From IMG/VR virus record IMGVR_UViG_2609460218_000016, positions 1 to 13,586 of that record: a DNA stretch of 13,586 nucleotides, one strand, 5' to 3'. This document shows, piece after piece, positions 7,428-13,586 of the stretch. A model generated the notes under the pieces. It made no database searches and was not told the DNA's origin. It saw only the letters and a list, made by a program, of their open reading frames with translations. Made by a program: the position numbers and the translations under genes. The first letter of the stretch is position 1; every line of letters begins with the position of its first letter. The stretch is from a virus (lineage: Duplodnaviria; Heunggongvirae; Uroviricota; Caudoviricetes).

Positions 7428-8390
7428 ATGAGCAGCAAGCTTCATGGTCTTGTCTGGGAAGGGTGCGCCTTCACCGGCATGATCTTATCCAGGGTGGCGG
7501 TTATGGCCCGTCTTGCAGACTACAGCAATGACGAGGGCGTGTCATGGCCTGCCATTGAAACTATCCGGCGTCAGATCGGTGCAAGAAGTGAATCCACAGT
7601 GAAATCGGCTATTGCAGAACTGGCGAAAGAGGGCTGGCTGACGAAGGAAGAGCGTAAGGTCGGTGGGCGTAATGTAAGCAATATCTATCGGCTTAATGTG
7701 GAAAAACTCGAAGCAGCTGCGGCGGCGGCGCGTGAGTCATATAAACCGAAAAGAAAAATTAGCCCGGCAAAAAATGACCCGTTAACAGTTGACCCGTCAA
7801 ATATTGACCCCTCAACGGTTGACCCGTCAAATTTTGATGGATCAACTGTTGATAAAAAACTGCCGATTANGGGGCCGATGATTGACCCCGATCCGTCAGT
7901 ATTAAAACCTGATCCGTCAGATAAAAGATCTTCTTGTCCGGACGCTTCGCAACCGGACCCGCAGACGGCTGAACAGGATTTTTTAACCCGACACCCTGAC
8001 GCGGTTGTGTTCAGTGCGAAAAAACGCCAGTGGGGAAGTCAGGAAGATTTGGTGTGCGCACAGTGGATCTGGGGACGAATCGTGAGTCTTTACGAGCAGG
8101 CGGCCAGCTATGATGGCGAGATCACTAGACCGAAAGAACCCAACTGGACAGCATGGGCCAATGACGTTCGCACAATGCGGATGCTGGATGGCAGAACTCA
8201 CAGACAAATTTGTGAAATGTTTGGGCGTCTCCAGCGGGATTCGTTCTGGGTAAAAAACATCATGAGTCCGGCAAAACTCCGGGAAAAATGGGATGAACTG
8301 GTTATCCGCCTGGGGCGTTCGCCTGCGCAGCGTTGCGTGAATCACATTTCTGAACCGGACACTGAAATACCGCCGGGATTCAGGGGGTGA
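7428..8390 (+). CDS. Phage replication initiator (O-like, HTH-containing)
   Basis: ORF track starts at a GTG (7413); the ATG at 7428 is preferred. N-terminal winged-helix region, four palindromic iterons inside the coding sequence, and a C-terminal domain followed directly by a DnaC-like gene. Contains the ambiguous base 7869. Confidence 0.8.
   Translation: MSSKLHGLVWEGCAFTGMILSRVAVMARLADYSNDEGVSWPAIETIRRQIGARSESTVKSAIAELAKEGWLTKEERKVGGRNVSNIYRLNVEKLEAAAAAARESYKPKRKISPAKNDPLTVDPSNIDPSTVDPSNFDGSTVDKKLPIXGPMIDPDPSVLKPDPSDKRSSCPDASQPDPQTAEQDFLTRHPDAVVFSAKKRQWGSQEDLVCAQWIWGRIVSLYEQAASYDGEITRPKEPNWTAWANDVRTMRMLDGRTHRQICEMFGRLQRDSFWVKNIMSPAKLREKWDELVIRLGRSPAQRCVNHISEPDTEIPPGFRG
7789..7845. repeat. 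Origin-like iteron array: four 12-bp palindromic repeats at 15-bp spacing inside the initiator gene
   Basis: TTGACCCGTCAA (7789-7800), TTGACCCCTCAA (7804-7815), TTGACCCGTCAA (7819-7830) and TTGATGGATCAA (7834-7845). Followed by an A-rich stretch and two GATCCGTCAG repeats with GATC sites at 7890-7920. Same arrangement as lambda ori inside gene O. Confidence 0.6.
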
Positions 8391-8396
8391 CGTGTC

Positions 8397-9143
8397 ATGA
8401 AAAACATTGCGGCAGGCGGCGTTCTTGAACGTATCCGAAGACTGGCTCCGCCACATGTAACCGCCCCATTCAGAACGGTAGCGGAGTGGCACGAGTGGCA
8501 ACTTGCTGAAGGCCAGAAACGTAGCGAGGAGATCAACCGCCTGAATCGCCAGTTGCGGGTGGAAAAAATTCTGAATCGCTCAGGCATCCAGCCGTTGCAC
8601 CGTAAATGCTCGTTTGCGAATTACCAGGTGCAGAACGACGGTCAGCGATACGCGTTGAGCCAGGCGAAATCTATCGCTGATGAACTGATGACCGGATGCA
8701 CAAATTTCGCGTTTAGCGGAAAACCTGGTACCGGGAAGAACCACTTAGCAGCAGCTATCGGGAATCGCCTGCTGAAAGACGGTCAGACAGTGATTGTGGT
8801 TACCGTNGCTGATGTTATGAGTGCCCTCCACGCCAGCTATGACGATGGGCAGTCAGGCGAAAAATTTTTGCGGGAACTGTGCGAAGTGGATCTGCTGGTT
8901 CTTGATGAAATTGGCATTCAGCGCGAGACGAAAAACGAGCAGGTGGTACTGCACCAGATTGTTGATCGCCGGACAGCGTCGATGCGCAGCGTGGGGATGC
9001 TGACAAACCTGAACTATGAGGCCATGAAAACATTGCTCGGCGAGCGGATTATGGATCGCATGACCATGAACGGCGGGCTATGGGTGAATTTTAACTGGGA
9101 GAGCTGGCGTCCGAATGTCGTCCAGCCAGGAATTGCGAAGTAA
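8397..9143 (+). CDS. DnaC-family replicative helicase loader (AAA+ ATPase)
   Basis: 248-aa ORF with Walker A ([15 protein letters not shown]) and Walker B (DLLVLDEIG). Reads as collinear with E. coli DnaC along its length (e.g. [31 protein letters not shown]). Contains the ambiguous base 8807, in frame. Confidence 0.9.
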   Translation: MKNIAAGGVLERIRRLAPPHVTAPFRTVAEWHEWQLAEGQKRSEEINRLNRQLRVEKILNRSGIQPLHRKCSFANYQVQNDGQRYALSQAKSIADELMTGCTNFAFSGKPGTGKNHLAAAIGNRLLKDGQTVIVVTXADVMSALHASYDDGQSGEKFLRELCEVDLLVLDEIGIQRETKNEQVVLHQIVDRRTASMRSVGMLTNLNYEAMKTLLGERIMDRMTMNGGLWVNFNWESWRPNVVQPGIAK

Positions 9144-9165
9144 TTTTTACCGGGAGAAAAATTTA

Positions 9166-9927
9166 ATGGAGACTGTTTTTGACGCACTGAAAGCAATGGG
9201 AAAAGCCACATCCATAGAACTTGCTGCGCGACTTGATATCAGTCGTGAAGAAGTGCTGAACGAACTATGGGAACTGAAAAAGGCTGGTTTTGTTGATAAA
9301 AGCGCGTACACCTGGCGTGTGGCTGATAACAACGTTCAGCAGGAACAGCCAGCGCAGGCAGAACTGCCGGAAGAAATCACCACAGCAACAGTAGCGAAAA
9401 TCTCAGAGTGCGATTTAACCGCGACGATTGAACAACGAGGACCACAAACGGCTGATGAGCTGGCTACATTGTTTGGTACCACATCACGCAAAGTGGCTTC
9501 AACGCTGGCAATGGCAATCAGCAAAGGTCGTCTGATTCGCGTAAATCAGGGCGGTAAATTTCGTTACTGCATACCGGGCGATAATTTACCAGCAGAGCCG
9601 AAAGCAGCATCGGTAGCGGAAACTGATGGTAAGGCCTTTCCTCATACCGCAGGTGTTGCGTTACCAGTACAGGAGGCTGCAACACAGGAAGATATTAAAA
9701 CAGAAACTGTGGCGGACATTGTGCAGTCGCTGCCATCGTTTACTGAAACGCGAGCGGATGACCTGGTTTTACCATCACTGCATATGGCAAACCGCGAACT
9801 GCGTCGGGCGAAAAATCATGTCCAGAAGTGGGAGCGAGTCTGCGCCGCGCTGCGGGAGCTGAACAAGCACCGGGATATTGTTCGACAGATTACTGATTCT
9901 TCCCGCCGTGTTGTATCGGAAAAGTGA
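9166..9927 (+). CDS. Hypothetical prophage protein with two predicted winged-helix modules
   Basis: ATG at 9166 with an upstream GGAG; the ORF track starts at 9115. Two HTH-like segments ([30 protein letters not shown] and [33 protein letters not shown]). Follows the DnaC-like gene. Confidence 0.7.
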   Translation: METVFDALKAMGKATSIELAARLDISREEVLNELWELKKAGFVDKSAYTWRVADNNVQQEQPAQAELPEEITTATVAKISECDLTATIEQRGPQTADELATLFGTTSRKVASTLAMAISKGRLIRVNQGGKFRYCIPGDNLPAEPKAASVAETDGKAFPHTAGVALPVQEAATQEDIKTETVADIVQSLPSFTETRADDLVLPSLHMANRELRRAKNHVQKWERVCAALRELNKHRDIVRQITDSSRRVVSEK

Positions 9928-9942
9928 TTGCCGGAGGCGCTT

Positions 9943-10374
9943 ATGGCAAAAGTATTTACACAAGAAGAGCGGGAAAAAATTAAAGGGCAGGTTGTTGAGC
10001 TAGTACGCCGGAGTGGGCGCGAGACGTTACGGCAACTGGAAGCCAAGACAGGTGCGACAAGATATCTGATGAGCGTTCTCGCCAGAGAGCTGGTTGCCAG
10101 TGGCGATGTATACAACTCTGGTTACGGGTTATTCCCGTCTGAACAGGCTCGTAAGGACTGGCAAAATGCCCGCAAAAAACTATCCAGGGCAAAGGTGAAG
10201 AAACCATCTGTGGTTGATCCGGACCTTATCTGGTCATTACCAGACGGAGAAATACGCCGCTACGACAGGCGTCTGAACATAATCTGTCGCGAGTGCCGGA
10301 AGAGCGAAGTTATGCAGCGTGTGCTGGCGTTTTATCAGAATGGTTTTCGAGAGAGGCTTGGAGATCANGGATGA
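9943..10374 (+). CDS. Hypothetical prophage protein
   Basis: ATG at 9943 with SD GGAGG 5 nt upstream. Basic, with a single CxxC. The ambiguous base 10368 lies two codons before the stop. Confidence 0.65.
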   Translation: MAKVFTQEEREKIKGQVVELVRRSGRETLRQLEAKTGATRYLMSVLARELVASGDVYNSGYGLFPSEQARKDWQNARKKLSRAKVKKPSVVDPDLIWSLPDGEIRRYDRRLNIICRECRKSEVMQRVLAFYQNGFRERLGDXG

Positions 10375-10566
10375 ATAGAACGATGAAGGATGGAAGCTAC
10401 ATATTCTCGGTACTAAGATTTATTTTTCTGACACAAAATGACCATTTGGCGTTACATAATCCAAAAAAACGTATCAAAAATCTCAAAATGCGTTACGATT
10501 AGAGAGTATTTTGATTCTGCGTGCTCATTTTTTGATTGCTGTGGCTTTTTGTTGTGGGAGTGTTGA

Positions 10567-11721
10567 ATGGATTATTTATCAGAAGTGTTAAAAATCATTG
10601 AAGGTGCAACAAAGGCAAATGCTTCGATGGCTAGTAATTATGCTGGGTTGCTGGCAGATAAGCTCGAACAAAAAGGGGAGGTCAAGCAAGCCAGAATGAT
10701 AAGAGAAAGGTTGCTTAGAGCTCCCCAGGCGTTGGCAGGAGCTCAAAGGGCTGGAGGTGGGATATCTCTGGGCTCATTACCGGTAGATATTGATAGTCGA
10801 CTCAACACTGTTGATGTCAGTTATCCTAAATTAGACAGTTCAGAGATTTTTCTGCCTGCAGCAATCAGTACCCGTGTTGAAGAGTTTATCACTAATGTTC
10901 AACGTTATGATGAGTTTGTTAAAGCTGATGCAGCATTGCCGAGTCGTATGCTCGTGTATGGAAAGCCAGGAACAGGTAAGACTATGTTATCTAAGTACAT
11001 CGCTACCCGCTTAGATTTTCCACTTCTTACAGTGCGTTGCGATACTTTGATTAGTAGTTTATTGGGACAAACCAGCAAAAATCTTAGACAGGTTTTCGAT
11101 TATGTAATGCAGAGGCCATCAGTGCTTTTTTTAGACGAATTTGATGCTTTAGCTGGAGCAAGAGGTAATGAGAGAGATATAGGTGAGCTTCAGCGAGTTG
11201 TCATTTCACTATTGCAGAATATGGATGCGGCATCAGAGGATACGGTAATTATTGCCTCAACTAACCATGAGCAACTTCTGGATCCTGCAATCTGGAGGCG
11301 ATTTAGCTTCAGAATTCCAATGCCTCTGCCTGACATACATCAGAGAGAGTTAATTTGGAAAAATCGTTTAAAGAATATGATATGTAGCGATCTAGATTTA
11401 AGTGATTTATCAAGAAAATCGGAGGGATTATCCGGAGCAATAATTGAACAGGTGAGCTTGGATGCACGTAGGGATGCAGTTATTGAAGGTGCAAGTGTGA
11501 TAAATCACCATAAATTGTATAGGCGTTTGTATCTTGCGCAATCGCTTATGGAAGGTGTAAATTTAAGCACTTACGAAGATGAAATTCGTTGGTTACGTTC
11601 TAAAGATAAAAAATTATTTTCTATCAGAGTTCTTGCTAATTTGTACAAACTTACATCAAGAGTAATTTCAAACATTCTGAAGGAGTCAGGAGCATATGAG
11701 CAGAAGGGGTACACAGTTTAG
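10567..11721 (+). CDS. AAA+ ATPase (classical AAA clade), putative ATPase subunit of a two-gene defence module (IetA-like architecture)
   Basis: 384-aa ORF with SD GGGAG upstream. Walker A GKPGTGKT, Walker B VLFLDEFD, sensor-1 IIASTN, and the second region of homology / Arg finger DPAIWRRF. The N-terminal ~120 aa have no recognisable domain. The gene is markedly AT-rich compared with the phage backbone. Confidence 0.9.
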   Translation: MDYLSEVLKIIEGATKANASMASNYAGLLADKLEQKGEVKQARMIRERLLRAPQALAGAQRAGGGISLGSLPVDIDSRLNTVDVSYPKLDSSEIFLPAAISTRVEEFITNVQRYDEFVKADAALPSRMLVYGKPGTGKTMLSKYIATRLDFPLLTVRCDTLISSLLGQTSKNLRQVFDYVMQRPSVLFLDEFDALAGARGNERDIGELQRVVISLLQNMDAASEDTVIIASTNHEQLLDPAIWRRFSFRIPMPLPDIHQRELIWKNRLKNMICSDLDLSDLSRKSEGLSGAIIEQVSLDARRDAVIEGASVINHHKLYRRLYLAQSLMEGVNLSTYEDEIRWLRSKDKKLFSIRVLANLYKLTSRVISNILKESGAYEQKGYTV

Positions 11722-13321
11722 TAACGCAAAAGTTACAAACCCAATGTTAAGAATCCCTTTTTCCAGTAGTGACTTGGGTGCAATAGTAAACGCTGGCGGT
11801 GGGGCAAAGGTATTGGTTGATGTAACAGCCGAATATAGACAAGGGCTAGTAAGAAATTTAACAACCAGTAAACATTATTTAGAATCCAAACTTTCAGAGT
11901 ACCCTGGAAGCTTGGGTACTTTGGTTTTCAAATTAAGAGACCAGGGAATAGCCAAAACGCATAGGCCGAACAAAATTGCTCAAGAGGCTGGATTGCAAAA
12001 TGCCGGTCATGCCAAAATAGATGAAATGTTGGTTGCTGCTCATGCCGGCTGTTTTGACGTATTAGAGTCAGTCATTTTACATCGGAATATTAAAGCGATT
12101 TTGGCTAATCTAAGCGCGATTGAGCGCATTGAACCTTGGGATGAGAATAGGAAGGTTCCAGGAGGCACTGATGGTTTGTTTGAATCATCAAACATCCTTG
12201 TACGACTATTTGAGTACACAGGTGAAGATGCAACTTACAACAACTATGAAAACGTTATTTCTATATTAGAACAACACGGAGTTAAATATGATGAGATTAG
12301 ACCAAAATGTGGTCTTCCCTTATTAAGGATAATGGATTTATCCCCAAATGATAGATATATATTAGACATTCTCATTGATTACCCGGGTATAAGAACGTTA
12401 ATTCCAGAACCAAAATATTCAGCATTCCCGGTTAGTGTAAGTGATTCTGTTGGCATTGAAACAAATAGCTTTCCCGTACCATCAGAAGAATTACCCATTG
12501 TTGCTGTATTTGACACTGGGGTAAGCCCCATCGCGGCAACAATTACTCCTTGGGTAGTGAGTAGGGAAACATACGTAATTCCTCCTGATACGAGTTATGA
12601 ACATGGGACTATGGTGTCTTCATTGATATCAGGCGCTCATTTTTTAAATGACAATCATCCATGGATTCCTGATACAAAATCTAAAATCCATGATGTTTGT
12701 GCTTTAGATGAAAATGGATCTTATATATCAGATTTAATTCTGAGGCTAGCAGATGCTGTAAATAAAAGACCAGATATAAAAGTCTGGAATTTATCTTTGG
12801 GAGGCGGACCATGTAATGAGCAGATGTTTAGTGATTTTGCGATGGAGTTAGATCGGCTCAGCGATAAATTTGGTATTTTGTTTGTAGTTGCTGCAGGTAA
12901 TTATGTAGATGAACCTATACGTACATGGCCAAATCCTGATCCGCTTGGAGGTGCTGATTTAATTTCCTCTCCTGGAGAGTCAGTCCGAGCACTAACAGTT
13001 GGTTCAGTTTCTCATATGGAAGCTAATGATGCTTTAAGTGAAATTGGAACACCGACACCATATACTCGTCGTGGCCCTGGGCCTGTATTTACTCCAAAGC
13101 CAGATATAATCCATGCTGGCGGTGGGGTTCATAGACCTTGGAATGTAGGAGCAAGCAGTTTAAAGGTCGTAGGGCCAGATAATAGGCTTTGCTCTAATTT
13201 TGGTACTAGTTTTGCTGCTCCAATTGTGGCAAGTTTAGCTGCGCATACATGGCAGAGAATAGCCACTAATTCAGACTTTAATGTTTCACCGGCTTTGTTG
13301 AATAAATCAGATTTCGGGTAA
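11696..13321 (+). CDS. S8-family subtilisin-like serine peptidase, 3' end interrupted by IS insertion (IetS-like architecture)
   Basis: All four S8 catalytic motifs are present in order: Asp (VAVFDTGVS), His (HGTMVSS), Asn (VWNLSLGG) and Ser (GTSFAAP). The start overlaps the ATPase stop by 26 nt, indicating an operon. The last 10 codons and the stop are encoded by the IS terminal repeat starting at 13291, so the native C-terminus is missing or displaced. An alternative start is the ATG at 11744. Confidence 0.85.
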   Translation: MSRRGTQFSNAKVTNPMLRIPFSSSDLGAIVNAGGGAKVLVDVTAEYRQGLVRNLTTSKHYLESKLSEYPGSLGTLVFKLRDQGIAKTHRPNKIAQEAGLQNAGHAKIDEMLVAAHAGCFDVLESVILHRNIKAILANLSAIERIEPWDENRKVPGGTDGLFESSNILVRLFEYTGEDATYNNYENVISILEQHGVKYDEIRPKCGLPLLRIMDLSPNDRYILDILIDYPGIRTLIPEPKYSAFPVSVSDSVGIETNSFPVPSEELPIVAVFDTGVSPIAATITPWVVSRETYVIPPDTSYEHGTMVSSLISGAHFLNDNHPWIPDTKSKIHDVCALDENGSYISDLILRLADAVNKRPDIKVWNLSLGGGPCNEQMFSDFAMELDRLSDKFGILFVVAAGNYVDEPIRTWPNPDPLGGADLISSPGESVRALTVGSVSHMEANDALSEIGTPTPYTRRGPGPVFTPKPDIIHAGGGVHRPWNVGASSLKVVGPDNRLCSNFGTSFAAPIVASLAAHTWQRIATNSDFNVSPALLNKSDFG

Positions 13322-13586
13322 GTCTCCCCCGTAGCGGGTTGTGTTTTCAGGCAATACGCACGCTTTCAGGCATACCTGCTTTCGTCATTTTGTTCAGCGC
13401 TCGTACCAGGGCCATAGCCTCCGCAACCTGACCATCGTAGTCACGCAGCGTCAGTGAACCCCCGAACAGCTGTTTTACCCGGTACATCGCCGTTTCCGCT
13501 ATCGAGCGACGGTTGTAATCTGTTGTCCATTTCCACCGCGCATTACTCCCGGTCATTCGCTGATTAGCCACTGCACGGTTACGGTC
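13291..13586 (-). mobile_element. IS903-group (IS5 family) insertion sequence, partial, running off the window end
   Basis: The terminal sequence GGCTTTGTTGAATAAATC at 13291-13308 matches the IS903/IS102 inverted repeat as I recall it. The adjacent minus-strand ORF ends ..MTKAGMPESVRIA, which I recognise as the IS903 transposase C-terminus. Confidence 0.8.
13347..13586 (-). CDS. IS903-family transposase, C-terminal fragment (gene continues beyond the window)
   Basis: Minus-strand ORF open to the window edge. Translation ..RRSIAETAMYRVKQLFGGSLTLRDYDGQVAEAMALVRALNKMTKAGMPESVRIA*. Confidence 0.75.
   Translation of the reverse strand, partial: DRNRAVANQRMTGSNARWKWTTDYNRRSIAETAMYRVKQLFGGSLTLRDYDGQVAEAMALVRALNKMTKAGMPESVRIA

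Noticed and set aside
6904-9332. Minus-strand ORFs inside the rightward replication operon (6904..7176, 6935..7120, 7062..7445, 7983..8501, 8342..8587, 8815..9033, 9014..9211, 9147..9332) and plus-strand ORFs 7107..7313 and 8821..9003
   Set aside because: All are antisense to or out of frame within well-supported cro-like, YdaT-like, O-like and DnaC-like genes. Arg/Ser/Pro-rich translations typical of GC-rich shadow frames.
9336-10207. ORFs 9336..9524, 9775..9963, 9816..10115 and 9980..10207 on the minus strand, and 9626..9862 on the plus strand
   Set aside because: Overlap the two plus-strand hypothetical genes, which have good RBSs and operon continuity. No independent support.
10448-10500. 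Direct repeat of GCGTTAC (10451 and 10491) upstream of the ATPase gene, sharing the GTTAC operator half-site
   Set aside because: Only 5-7 bp, direct rather than inverted, in AT-rich sequence; likely chance. Not proposed as a repressor operator.
1-13586. Searched for tRNA, rRNA, CRISPR arrays and an attachment-site repeat
   Set aside because: No tRNA-like cloverleaf candidates, no rRNA-like segments and no regularly spaced direct repeats with spacers. The att site would lie beyond int, outside the window, and the right prophage end is not included.

Overview
This window reads as the left arm, immunity region and replication module of a Rac-like lambdoid prophage, followed by an AT-rich two-gene cargo (AAA+ ATPase plus S8 subtilisin-like peptidase) and a partial IS903-family insertion sequence at the window edge. 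Leftward genes are integrase (1..1131), excisionase, an 823-aa exonuclease with a DnaQ-like C-terminus, several small ORFs and a CI-like repressor. Rightward genes are a Cro/YdaS-like regulator, a YdaT-like protein, an O-like replication initiator with embedded iterons, a DnaC-family helicase loader and two hypothetical proteins. The most interesting locus is the ATPase-peptidase operon at 10567..13321: it has the architecture of the reported IetAS-type anti-phage system, and its 3' end is interrupted by the IS. The repressor gene is also unusual: its S24 peptidase domain is only readable after skipping two ambiguous bases, and the catalytic Ser position reads Ala. A GTAAC-N4-GTTAC palindrome recurs on both sides of the repressor as candidate operators. 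Six ambiguous bases (4143, 6123, 6287, 7869, 8807, 10368) indicate draft-quality sequence and affect ORF calls. No tRNA, rRNA or CRISPR array was seen. All homology statements are from reading the translations by eye; no database search was run.
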